Assembly (NCBI RefSeq): GCF_006345805.1
Contig: NC_043009.1
Location: 43,028,001 to 43,092,000, forward strand
Reading direction: 5' to 3'
DNA: 64,000 nt
Source of the DNA: Octopus sinensis
Taxonomy: Eukaryota
Part shown: in pieces, positions 26,396 to 39,378 of the stretch
Layout: every line of letters begins with the position of its first letter
How positions within the stretch are numbered: position 1 is the first letter of the stretch
Position numbers and translations under genes: made by a program
Notes under the pieces: generated by a model
Database searches by the model: none
The model's input: only the letters and a program-made list of their open reading frames with translations
Told to the model about the DNA's origin: nothing

Positions 26396-26486
26396 GACTC
26401 ACTGGTTAGAATGTCAGACTCACTGGTTAGAATGTCAGACTCACTGGTTAGAATGTCAGACTCACTGGTTAGAATGTCAGACTCAC
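26396..26486 (+). repeat. Four perfect 21-bp repeats (gactcactggttagaatgtca) in a SINE head
   Basis: Direct inspection; downstream body matches the SINE at 30163-30500. Confidence 0.9.
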
Positions 26487-26984
26487 AGTCATGAGGTAGT
26501 GACAAGACACTTTACTTCATGCTGTTCCAGTTCACTTAGCTGTAGAAATGAGTTGTGACAAGCTATATCGGCCTTTGCCTTTCCCTAGGATAACACCGGT
26601 GGTATAGAAAGGGGAGACTGGTACATATGGGTTACATGCATGTGAGGGCGAATGGTGAGCACAGCCGGCCGACAGGTGATAACAACTGCCGCATCACATT
26701 CATGTGCACTGACCAGCACATGCACTCATGTTTGATACTGCTGATGACGACAACCTTATTAGCCATCGATCGCTGCCTTATCCGCATGCATAACACACAC
26801 TCGCAGTTGATATCACTGCCAAGACGATGGCTTTTCGATCGCAATGCCGGTCACCGGCAGCCAGCTCTTTGCTTGCTCTGAACAACCTTGCCTGTACCTA
26901 TGCCTCAGAGGGGAACTTTCTGGATGCAACCCCATGGTAATTCCTGACCGAAAGGGTCTTTACCTTTTACTCTATTATTATTAG

Positions 26985-27203
26985 CTGGCAGAAGTGTTAG
27001 CATGCCGGGCAAAATGCATAGCCGTATTTCGTCTGGCATTACGTTCTGAGTTCAAATTCCACCGAGGTCGACTTTACCTATCATCCTTTCGGGGTCGATA
27101 AATTAAGTACCAGTTACACACTGGGGTCGATGTAATCGACTTAATCCATTTGTCTGTCCTTGTTTATCCCTTCTGTGTTTAGCCCCTTGTGGGTAGTAAA
27201 GAA
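26985..27203 (+). mobile_element. Meta-domain-like SINE ending in (ATT)n
   Basis: Near-consensus copy. Confidence 0.85.
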
Positions 27204-27231
<28 letters not shown>

Positions 27232-27234
<3 letters not shown>

Positions 27235-29094
27235 TATGTTTGACTTTTGCTTTATATTTGTACAAGTTGGCTCCAAGTCTCACCCAGAGACCTCAAGAGA
27301 CAACAGGGTTGGAAGTTCGTGTTGTTGTTATGCCTAGTGTGCCATATATTTGGGGAGTGGGGATGTTGTACTAATGAATGTCTAAAAAAAAAAAAAGGGT
27401 TTTTTTGGTTTTTTTTTTGGTTTTTTTAAACCGAAAATTATGTTTGTTTTAAACCTTGAGATTACATAGAGAGTATTTTGCGTAGGATATGAGCAGTTCC
27501 CATGAGCACTATCTTTTGAACTTCTGCCATTTTTGGGTTTCCTGGTATCTGAGTTAGGTAGTTATCAGCCCCTTTTGCTATCATTCCCAGGGCACCTATG
27601 ACAACAGGTATTGTTTTAGTCTTCAGCTTCCACATTTTGCTGATTTCTATTTCAAGATCTTTATATTTGCTCAGTTTTTGGTAGGTCTTGACAGATACGT
27701 TTATATCGATTGGGACAGTCATATCAATGAGGAGGCATGTTCTTTGTTTAAAGTCTTTCAATATGATGTCTGGCCTATTTGCATCTATCTTCCTGTCAGT
27801 TTGAATGGTGAAGTTCCAGAGGAGTGAGATGTGGTCATTTTCAAGCACTGGGGGTGGTTTGTGTTCCCACCAGTTTTTTTCATGGGGCAAATCTAGGTTT
27901 TTACAGATTACCCAGTGAATATATTGTGCAGCTCTATCGTGCCTGTTGAGATACTCTGTAGGCGCTAGAAGACTGCACTTGGAGACCACATGGTCAATGG
28001 TTTCATTTTGTTGCTTGCATACACGACACGTTGGACTGCTTCTGATCTTTAATATGTTGGCCTGGTAGTTTCTTGTTGGTAGGCATTGATCTTGAGCTGC
28101 TATGATAAACCCCTCTGTTTCAGATTTTAAGCCAGAGGCCATTAGCCATTGATGGGTCAGGGCTTTGTCGATATCTGCATTATTCGCTCTCTTTGGGTAT
28201 TTGCCATAGAGAGGTTTTTCTTGCCATTTATTATTCAGAATATCTAAGGCCGCAGTTTTGGCACGGGTTTTCATGAGCCTAGCTTTTTCTGTGCTTGTTT
28301 CTTGTATATCTATCTCTAATTCCGAAATTGGTTGTATTCGGAATTCACTTAGATATTCCTTTGCCTGTTTTGTGACTGAGTAGGATGCTTTCTTGTTTTC
28401 ATGTTTTGAGACAAGTTTTAACATCCAGTCCTCAGAGTTTTCAGGTAGGTGTCTAGGCCAATTGTAGCAATCTTCATTGTTATTGCCAGTTGCAAAAGAC
28501 CACGGCCTCCCTCTTTTCTTGGCAGATAGAGTCGTTCTGTATCTGCCTTAGGGTGGTGCATTCTATGCATTGTCAACAGTTTCCTTATTTTTCTGTCGAG
28601 CTGACATATTTCAGTAATTGACCAGTTAACAATATTGAAACTGTAAGTCACGACTGGTATAGCTAATGCATTGATCGCTTCGATCCTGTTTCTTGCATTC
28701 AGCTCTGTCTTGAGTATTGCTCTCACTCTTCGATAGCATTCTCTCCTGATCCTTTCCTTCATCTCTGAATGCCTTATTCCGTTCCCTTCAATTACCCCTA
28801 GGTACTTGTAGCTCTCCGCTGGGTCTAGTTCTTTTATGACATTCTGTTGGTCAAGGTTAACGTTAGATGTTTCTGTCATTTTTCCTTTGATAAAGGTAGC
28901 CTTTGCACATTTATCGAGGCCGAATTGCATTCTGATGTCGTCACTGAATTGTTTGACTATCGCTAGTAAGCCCTTGAGTTGTTGATCATTTTTTGCAAAA
29001 AGCTTTAAATCATCCATGTAAACGAGATGATTTATATTTTTATCAAACATTTTATACCCGTACTGCACGTCATTGAGCAGCTTTGAGAGAGGTA
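27232..29094 (-). mobile_element. 5'-truncated Dong/R4-clade non-LTR retrotransposon (RT, CCHC knuckle, restriction-like endonuclease)
   Basis: IPLSKLL...HLVYMDD RT motif, CRVCKQQNETIDHVVSKC, NRPDIILKD...LIDMTVP...KLSKY. One frameshift near 28430. (TAA)n on both flanks. Confidence 0.95.
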
Positions 29095-29129
<35 letters not shown>

Positions 29130-29212
29130 TATTATTATTATTATTATTATCATTACTATTATTACTATTATTATTGTTATTATTATTATTGTTATTATTA
29201 TTATCATTATTA

Positions 29213-29270
<58 letters not shown>

Positions 29271-29328
29271 CATCATTATTATTATTATTATTATCATCAT
29301 TATTATTATTATTATTATCATTATCATT
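29095..29328. repeat. (TAA/ATT)n microsatellite
   Basis: Direct inspection. Confidence 0.95.
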
Positions 29329-29329
29329 G

Positions 29330-29425
29330 TTTGTCTTTGTCTCTCGGTTTTAGGTGTTGTGGCAGTTCATTCTGCTGGATAGCAAGCCATATCCAGTGAC
29401 CTTCGGCATCCAGCACCTTTCTTAA
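29330..29425 (-). mobile_element. Short 3' end of a second Dong-like element
   Basis: Minus strand reads LRKVLDA, then aaggtcactggatatggcttg (similar to gaggtctctgggtgagacttg in the first element's 3'UTR), then (AAT)n. Confidence 0.45.
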
Positions 29426-29737
29426 TTAGTAGGTAATTCTGTTGACTCAACAGATAGAAGACATATTCAGAGACGAGCTAGCAAGTTAATTGAATCGTTG
29501 AATTTATCACTTAATATGTTAATTATTTTGATGAATTAACTCTGCCGTGCTTTCTTTAATCAACAATACTCTGTCTAATCTGTCACGTAGTTCAACACCT
29601 TCACTTCATCCTTGGCTGGGTTTAAATATATATATATATATATATATATTATAGCGGGTGGCCTACCTCACTATAATTTTAACATCTTAGAGCATGCTTT
29701 TCCTCTGGATTTATGTATTTGTACAAACAATACATAT

Positions 29738-29782
<45 letters not shown>

Positions 29783-29846
29783 GTCCCGGGTTGAGTCGGG
29801 GTTAACCACAGTAAATAAGGTACTCAATACATAGCAGAGTAAATTA

Positions 29847-29946
29847 ATTTATTTTATAGAAGGAGCTTCTACAGGACTAGAACTGTTTCATTCAAATGAA
29901 ATCATCAGGAAGCTAGTCCTGTAGAAGCTCCTTCTATAAAATAAAT
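29847..29946. repeat. Perfect 34-bp inverted repeat enclosing a hammerhead-like core on the minus strand
   Basis: Arms 29847-29880 and 29913-29946. Minus-strand spacer: cttc-CTGATGA-t TTC attt GAA t-GAAA-CAGTT. Confidence 0.8.
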
Positions 29947-30162
29947 ATATATATATATATATATATATATGCATATATTTAAAGCCACCCAGATATGAAG
30001 TAATGCTGTTCAACTGAGTGTCAGATTAGACTTACTATTGTTGATTAAAGAAAGTACCAAAGAGCCTTATCATCAAAATAATTAATATATTCATACACTA
30101 ATATACTTTGGAGTATATATGCAAATGTGTTTCAAGAGGACATAGCTTGGATTATAACACAA

Positions 30163-30500
30163 TGAAGGCATATGGGTGAGTGGTTAGGATATCAAGCATG
30201 CAACCATGAGATAGTGAGTTCGATTCCCGGATCAGGCTATGTGTTGTGTTCTTGAGAAAGACACTTTATTTCATGTTGTTCCAGTTCACTCAGCTGTAGA
30301 AATGTGTTGCAATGTTACTGGTGCTAAGCTAAACAGGCCTTTGCCTTTCCTTTGGATAACATTGGCAGTATGGAGAGGGGAGGCTGATATGCATGGGCGA
30401 CTGCTGGTCTGCCATAAAAAACCTTGCCCAGACTTGTGCCTTGAAGGGTAACTCTCTAGGTGTAATCTCATTGTCATTCATGACCGAAGGGGGTCTTTAA
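30163..30500 (+). mobile_element. tRNA-derived SINE (third family)
   Basis: A-box-like TGGGTGAGTGG and B-box GAGTTCGATTCC; body cttgagaaagacactttatttc also found at about 520-620 (-) and 26505. Confidence 0.8.
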
Positions 30501-33124
30501 TAATGTTTCGTGACAATGATGCTTTTGAAAAACATAGAAAAGGGAGGTTACTCTATGATCCTTCTTGCAAGAGAGATCATTCAACTCTCTATCAATCTAC
30601 ACTGCTACAGATGTAATCTAACCATGTCATTCTTGTTCTACTCATGGCTTTCCTGTTGGCTTCCGAAAACATTTACTAAATCTGGAAATTGAAACCAAAT
30701 TTCTACAAAAATCTACTTGACGTTTCCACTATGTTTGATGCTGGCAACACTCATGTAAGTTTGGCATGTTTTAAAAAAATGACGAATTAGATTGTGCTTG
30801 AACATTCTATATTTCTAAGGAAAACAATGGTACCGATACAAAATAAAATGTGAAGAATAAAACCAAAATAAATTTGAACACAAAAGAAATCAGTAGCAGA
30901 AGAAAAAAAAAAAGAAAAAAGCAAGACAAGTAAACTAACAAACATAGATATTTTCTTGCAAAAATATAAAAAAAGAAATTCTTTTCCTCATACAATACTT
31001 GGGTATTTACATACTTCTGATATAATTCTTTGTCATATTGTGTTATCAGTGATATAAGGAATGGTTGAAAATAATAGAAAACAAAAAAATTATATTATTA
31101 TTGTTGCAGTTACTGCTGTTGTTGTTATTGTTGTTGATGATGATGATGATGATGATGGTGTTGTTGTTGTTGATGTTGTTGTTACTATTGTTAAGTACAC
31201 GAATGGATGCTGAGAAGATATGGTGAAGAAGTGACGAAATAAAACCCACTGGCCAATGGTGCCAAGTAGTTTTGTCTTTTTCTTGTATTTTTATTTCTGC
31301 CTTTGTTTTGTTTTGTTGTTTTTCTTTATACAACAGCATATACAAGATTTTTCAGATAAGCAAATATTCTGAAGAAAAATCAAATGACAAAAATAAGAAA
31401 CAATGCATATATATATATATATACATACATATATATATATTCATATATACGTGTGTATCGTATATTCTTATATATGTGAATGCATGTGTATATGTATATG
31501 TGTACATGTGCGTAGTGAGATATGTGTATGTATAGTTACATATACACACTTGTATATATCTATATAAGTATATCTATATATTTATACAGTTATATCTAAT
31601 ATCTATCTATCTATCATTCTGTGTTTGTGTATATATGTGTATGTGTGTTTGTATGTATGTATATATATATATATATACACATAAAGATATAGATATATAT
31701 ATATATATATATGAATATACATGCATATATATATATATTATATATATATGCATGTATGTATACATAAATATATATCATTCTAAAACCACACACACACACA
31801 TATATATATATATATGCAGATACATAAACATACATGCATGTGCATATATATGTATAATCTTTCCATAACCAATAATCAAAACCTTCTTAATACTACATCA
31901 TTGATGCTATTTTTTGCGTTTATAGTTGAGATGGTGTTTTTCAAAGTTTATGAGAGAGGATTATGAGAAGAGGGGGCATAAATAAAAATGTAAAACAATA
32001 TAAAAAAAGCACAAATAATAATAATAAAAAACGTGGACAAAAATAAAAAGAGAACTGTTTAGAGATGACAATAAAAAATGGCAGTAGAATAAGAAAAGAA
32101 AATTTTGAAGAAACATCTCAAAAAGTCTTGGTGTTTCTGACAGGGAGATATTTTTTCATGTGATATGTTTGTTTCCATCATAAATCAACACAGGAAACGA
32201 TTAACAACTATTTTCTTTTATGTAACTATAATTACAGGCAGGACATAGGTTTTAAATGTATTTGTGTGTATGTGTGTATGTGTGTATGCATGTATGTGTG
32301 TATGTGCATATGAGTGTGCAAGTTTCTGTGTGAGTGTATAGATGCTTGTCTGTGTATGAATATATGTGTGTGTGTATGTGTGTGTTATTTACATATACCT
32401 ATATCATTATATGTAACTATATGCAACTGGAATTTGCATATCACAGATAAATATATGTATATGTGTGTGTATTATAACATATAAATATATGACTGTGTGT
32501 GTATATATATATGATTTATGTATATATACATATGCATATATATATGTATATATATATATATATATACATGTATGTGTGTGTTTGTGTGTGTGTATGTGTG
32601 TGCGTACTAAAATCATCATCATCATCATCATCATCAACATCATTATCATCATCAAGGTCAAAGCCAGACGACTGCATCATGCCCTATTTTGGCATGTTTT
32701 CTGTGCCCAGATGTCCTTCCTTGTGCCGACCATTTTACAAGAGGTGCTGGATACATTTCTCAATGGCCTCAACACATGGTCGAAATTTTAAGAAGTTTAC
32801 ATCACAACCGCAAGATCCCAACTTAGGTTCTGCTTACATGGCCTCTTTGGCAAATATGGTTATTTGTTTTATAACCCCAGGTCAACCCATACCTTATCAC
32901 TAGGACTAAAGAAACAGAAACTGCACCGAAGTTGCTGGGTGGATTGTACCAGTAATTCATATGGTATAACCTTGAAACAAATTGCACCATGCTGATTCTA
33001 CCTGAGAATTACATTAAGGGTACAAATGATTGGAATACTCAGCCACTTGAATAGTAATTCAATAAATATGTAATACAGTTAATCAAATGGCTGAATCCCC
33101 ATTGTTAAATGAGGTTTACTGCAT

Positions 33125-33499
33125 ATTCTTTTACCTGTTTCAGACATCTGACTGTGGCCATGCTGGAGCACCACCATAAAGGGTTTTTTTACTAAAAAAA
33201 AAAAGAAAAAAAATCAACCCTAGGACTTATTATTTTAAGCCTAGTACTTATTCTATCAGTCTCTTTTGCTGAGCCGCTAAGTTCCGGGAGTGTAAACACA
33301 AACATTGGTTGTCAAGCGATGGTGGAGGTACTGACATAGACACAAAGACACACACACACATAAATATATACATACATACATACATTCATATACATACACA
33401 CACAAACACACACACACATATATATATATGTGTATATATGTGTGTATATATATATATGTATATATATGTATATATATATATATGTATATATATATGTAT

Positions 33500-33553
<54 letters not shown>

Positions 33554-33953
33554 ATCGAAATCGATCAATGGAAATCGATCAATGGAAATTGCAGATGTGT
33601 TACCAGTGCCGGTGGCATGTAAGAGAACTTTCCGTTTCGCGACCGTTGCCAGCACCGCCCCGTTTCGTGTCCGTTGCCAGCCTCGCCTGGCCCCCGTGCC
33701 GGTGGCACATAAAAAGCACCATCCGTTCGTGGCCGTTTGCCAGCTCTGTCTGGCACCAGTGCGGGTGGCACGTAAAAAGCACCCACTACACTCACGGAGT
33801 GGTTGGCGTTAGGAAGGGCATCCAGCCGTAGAAACACTGCCAGATTTGACTGGGCCTGATGAAGCCTTCTGGCTTCACAGACCCCAGTAGAACCGTCCAA
33901 CCCATGCTAGCATGGAAAACGGACGCTAAATGATGATGATGATGATGATGATG

Positions 33954-33989
<36 letters not shown>

Positions 33990-34190
33990 TATATATATAT
34001 ATATGTATATGTAATGTATATTATCTATATATATCATGGGCTTCTTTCATTTTCTGTCTGCCAAATCCATTCACAAGGCTTTGGTCAGCCCAAGGCTATA
34101 GTAGAAGACACTTTCCTAAAGTGTCACACAGTGGGACTGAACCCAGAAGGCATGTGGTTGGGAAGCAAGCTTCTTACTACACAGCCACAC
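33125..34190 (-). mobile_element. Bipartite SINE split by an RTE 3'UTR fragment (33549-33950, +) in its internal microsatellite
   Basis: SINE halves at about 33125-33350 and 34035-34190. Confidence 0.75.
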
Positions 34191-34728
34191 CTGTATATCA
34201 CAGTACCATGTAGTGGGACTGAACCCAGAACCATGAGGCTGGGAAACAAGCCTCTTACCACATGTATGTTTTATATGTTTTGTGTGGTTTCCTTAAAGTT
34301 CTTCTTTGCATAATCCAAGCAACAAAACACCCTTTTTTTTTTACATCAAAACAGTTTAATGGATTCATGAACATGTAAAAACATAGATGCAGGTGCACGT
34401 GTGGCTATACTTTCACTCAAGCAATGAGTGCATACGTTGCTTTAGTGCACTAGTGGTATGTTTAATTAATATATCTGTGCGTATGCATGCATTCTGGTGC
34501 TGAAATGTTGTGTAATGCCTTGCTTTTTTGTTTTTTTTCTAAGTTTAGTTATAAAATCTCATTGTCATTAAGAAACCTATGAAACATGAGTACAAATATT
34601 AACAAGGCTTAGAATTTATTTCAACCTTGACCTTAATTAGAGTCTGACTACGAAGAAAACAGTGACGTTAACACCAACGAAACAAACACATTTGTTGACG
34701 TTTATTCCAATGTGGCGTTCCTTTTTTT

Positions 34729-34774
<46 letters not shown>

Positions 34775-34775
34775 C

Positions 34776-34816
<41 letters not shown>

Positions 34817-34857
34817 TATTATTATTATCATTATTATTATTATCATTATTGCTATTA

Positions 34858-34889
<32 letters not shown>

Positions 34890-35083
34890 TTTATTCAACC
34901 TTTTGTTTTCATTGAGGATTATACATATTTGGATACTTGGTAGCTTTTAATTAAATTACGAAACATTCTTGTATTCTTGTTATGGGGATGGGGGTGAGGA
35001 GGAATAAGGATAATAATACTTAAACAACAACAACAACAACAACAATAATAATAATACTGATAATGATAATAATAATAATAATG

Positions 35084-35131
<48 letters not shown>

Positions 35132-35155
35132 TTAATAATAATGATTTCTTTTATA

Positions 35156-35191
<36 letters not shown>

Positions 35192-35619
35192 CATAATAGT
35201 CTAAAACACCAAGTAAGCATCTGTTTGATAAATCCACTCTTATTTCACTTCACAACTTATTTACTCCTTTTACCAGTGTTTTGGTATTTTGTAAGGTTTA
35301 TTTCAAATTTTTAAAAAATTATTTTTTCTTCTTTTTTTTAATTCTGGACAAAACACTTGTAAAATTCTTCAAAATGTCAGATTAATTGCGTATTAATTAT
35401 TCTAGTATTGGAATTAATTTATAGTTTGTTATAGCATTTTTTTACACTTGTTATTTAGTTTGTTTGTTTTTTGTTTTTTTATTTTGTTGTTTTTATTTTG
35501 CATTATAGCATCAATATTGTTTGGAATATTTCTCAAGATGTCTGATGAAACTAAAATCATTAAAAGAATAGCATTGGTTTGATTGGTTAGTTTCAAAAGA
35601 AAATAAGGAACATGTCTTC

Positions 35620-36650
35620 ATCCTCCCTTTCTTACTCTTTCTTTCTCCAATTTCTTTCCTTCTTCTTCTCTCTCTCTCTCCTCTTCTTTCTTCATCTCCC
35701 CCCCTTTCTCTCTCTCTCTCTCTCTTATGCCTTGTTTTCCTGACTGTTTTTTTTTCTCTCTTGCTGTCTCCACTCTCCAACACTTTTACAGTCTGTTCTT
35801 CTTTCTCTCTTTCACTCCAGCCTGCTCTTTCTCTCCTCCTCTCCCTCTCTTTCCAGTTCTCTACGCTACTCTCTTTCTCTCCAACCTTCTGTCTAGGCTT
35901 CTTTCTTACTCTTTCTCTCCACCCTTCCTTTCAAGCCAGTCTTTAATCTCTTTCTTTATCTCAAGTCATCTCTTCCTCCCTCACTTTCTCTCTTGCCTTC
36001 TCTCTCTCTCTCTTTCATACCAGCTCTTTCTCCCTCACTTTTTATCCTGCCTTCTCTCTTTCTCTCTCTCTCTCCAACCCTCTTTCTTTTTTCTCTCTGT
36101 CTCTCTCTCCATCCCTCTCTCTCTCTCTCTCTCCAGTCTTCTCACTCTATCACTTTCTCTCCTGTCCTCTCTTTCCCCCTTTTTCTCCAGCCCTTTCTCC
36201 CTCTTTATCCAATTACCTCTCTCTCTCTCTTCCTCTCCTTTTCTCTCCAATCATCTCCCTCTTTTTCACCACCTCTCTTTCACTGTTTCTTTCAAGTCCT
36301 GTCTCTCTCTCTCTCTTTCTCACAAGTTTCTTCCTATCTCTTTCTCTCTATCCTCTCTTATACCCACTCTGTTTCCCAGTCTGTCTGTCTATCTTACTCT
36401 CTCTTTCTTTCCAGTCATCTCTCCCTCTCTCTCTCTCTCTCTCTCATTCTTTCCTCTTATCTCTCAAGCACTTCTTGTTTTTTTCAAGTCTTCTCCCTCT
36501 CTCCATCAACCCAGCCCCTTCCTCTCTCTCTTTCTCTCCATCCCTCCTTACACTTCCTCAGTTTCCATCTATTTGTCGGTCTGTCTGTCCTTCTCCTCCC
36601 TCACCCCCTCCCGTACCTCTTTCCCCCACTCTCCCACCTCTCTCATAGAT
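35620..36650. repeat. ~1 kb polypyrimidine/polypurine (CT-rich) tract
   Basis: Direct inspection. Confidence 0.9.
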
Positions 36651-39378
36651 CATCATCATTATCATCACTAGAAACTCGCCATGTATTTGGTATTTCTCAG
36701 ATTCATCTGCGACTTCATCCCAAAGATTGGCCAATGCAAATGTCAACGAGTACATCGTACTTATTTAATTTGGATTACCTAAATTACCGACAGAAAAATT
36801 TCTTTTTCCCATTTATTTATCTATTCATTTATTTATTTATTTATTTATGTATTATCACCCACACACACACAAACACCCATCTACCAAAATATGGCAGCAT
36901 TACAAGAATAAATGAGACACTCAGCAACATTTTTGTCATAAGGTATGTTGTGATATTTTACTTGGTATGCACATATAATAGTCAGCACTGGTGTTGTTAA
37001 TACTGTTTGGTGATGGCGGCAATAATGGTTGTGATAGTGGTGGCGGCGGTGGCAGTGGTGGTAGTTTTTGGTGGGTTTTGTGTGACGGTTGGTAGAGTGA
37101 GCTCCTAGTGGTGGTGGCAGCAGTTTTGGTATAGAGATGGTGTAGAGGCGATGACAGTGGTGGTGGTGATTTTGGTATAGAGATGGTGTAGAGGTGATGA
37201 CAGTGGTGGTGGTGGCGGTGGTGGCAGTGGTGGTGGTTTTTGGTGGGTTTTGGGTGCCGGTTGGTCGGGCTCCTAGTGGTGGTGGCAGCAGTTTTGGTAT
37301 AGAGATGGTGTAGAGGTGATGACAGTGGTGGTGGTGGTGGTGGTGTAGATGGCAGTTCTAGTGACAGTACTGGCAGTAGTGCTGGTGGTGGTAGTGGTGG
37401 GGGTGTAGTAGTGATGTGGTGGACACTTGAATAAATGTTTGTATCTGCACACAAATACACACACACACACACACACATACACTCACTCTCTCAGATTTGT
37501 ACATACAGATGTACCCTAAGCTATACAGATGTACCCTAAGCTGTTTCTGAGATGGGCCTTATGTACAAATATGTGTGTTTAAGTGAAAGTGTGCAGTATA
37601 TCTGTGCGCATGTGTGTTTGAGAGAGAGAGAGAAAGAGAGAGAGAGGGAAAATGCATACACATGCTGACACTTCACAATCCAGTGAAGTATGATGCGGGG
37701 GCATCTACTCTGGGAAAGGCTACAGTGTGGAAAAGAAGCCAAATAATAGAAATATTAATAATTTACAGCAAACTGGTATGGAATTCATTGCTTTATAGAA
37801 CATACGTGTTTCAGTAGAATGCCGTAATTATGGCATAACACTTGTAGAAGCATTATGCAATCTTGCACTTCACCTCATCAGGGTTGTGTAATAAATGTGA
37901 GTAGTTTATGTGTGTATGTGTACCTCATGCATACATTCATACATAAATACATAGATAAATATGTACATATGTGTATGTGTATATGTATATATACACACAC
38001 ACTCGCACACACACACACAGATATATATATATATATATATATATATAAGGCTATGTGTTAAGAAGTTTGCTTTCCAACCAAATGGTTCCAGGTTCAGTCC
38101 CACTGTATGGTACGTTGGGCGACTGTCTTCTACTATACCCTCGGACTAACCAAGTCCTTTTGAATGGATTTGGTAGACAGAAACTGAAAGAATCCCATCA
38201 TGTGTGTGTGTGTGTGCGTGTGCGTGTGTGTGTGTCTATGTTTGTCCCCCCACCTTCATCATGAAACTAAAAGAAGCTTGTCGTATAGATATATGTATAT
38301 ATTTATGTGTGTCACTGCCTTTGTGTCTGTGTTTTTCCCCCATCACTGCCTGACAACCAGTGTTGGTGTGTTTATGTCCCCCGTAATTATTGGTCTCATT
38401 TGCTAAACTGCTATGTTATGGAGGATATGAATATACCAATGCTGGTTTTCATGTGGTGGTGGTGGTGGCAGTGGCGGTGGTGGTGGTAGTGGCAGTGGAC
38501 AAATAAAAACACAATGACACACACACAAAACACAAGCTCAAAGACACACACACACACACAAAACACAAGCTCAAAGACACACACACACACACAAACTCAC
38601 ATACATATACATGACAAGCTTCTTTTAGTTTCTCACAACCAAAATCCACCCACAAGGTTGGCTTGCAGTTAGAGTAGAAGACACTCATCCATGGTGCCAT
38701 GCAGTGGGACTGAACCTGGAACCATGTAACTGAGAAACAAGCTTCTTACCACTCAGCCACACCAGTTACTAAAGTTAGATCAGATTTATTTTTTTTATGA
38801 AACTGATATTTCAGATGAAATGATAATGGAAAGAGAACACATGGAGATTTACCATTCTACAAGAGACTTCCTCTGGCATCATAAAATGGAATATAAAGCC
38901 TGAGATGATAGAAAAGATAGGAGATTTTTCTTGGATTTAATTTTGGTTTTTCACAAGAAATATCCTCAGGGTAAAGGGACAGTTGTCCCATTCTCTTCCT
39001 TCGTCTTCTTGGAGTAGTCACTGAGAGTTCTTTTTATAAAACAGAAGTATTATACTCTATCTGTGTGTGTGTGTGTGCATGTGTGTATTACAAATTGGAT
39101 GATAAATATATGGGTTTGTAGATAACTACATAAATGCATGACTAAATCATCAGGGTGTACAGTTCCACATAGGCATACACAGAAAAATGCACACAAATAT
39201 AAATGCATGTTTATGCATATGGACATTATAATGATGATGATGATGATGATGATACACACACACACATATACAGAGACTCACAGGTACATATATATACACA
39301 CACACACACATATATATACATACATACATATACATATATATATATATTTACTTATATATATTTATATATAAATGCATA

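Noticed and set aside
33856-33885. CTGATGA plus hairpin in the RTE tail (also CTGACGA at 56242)
   Set aside because: No GAAA or stem III; it is a variant of ctggtgcagcc in other copies.
37000-37420. Thr/Pro-rich mucin-like exon (ORF 36936-37478)
   Set aside because: Degenerate (GGT)n repeat with local duplications, running into (CA)n; no clear splice sites.
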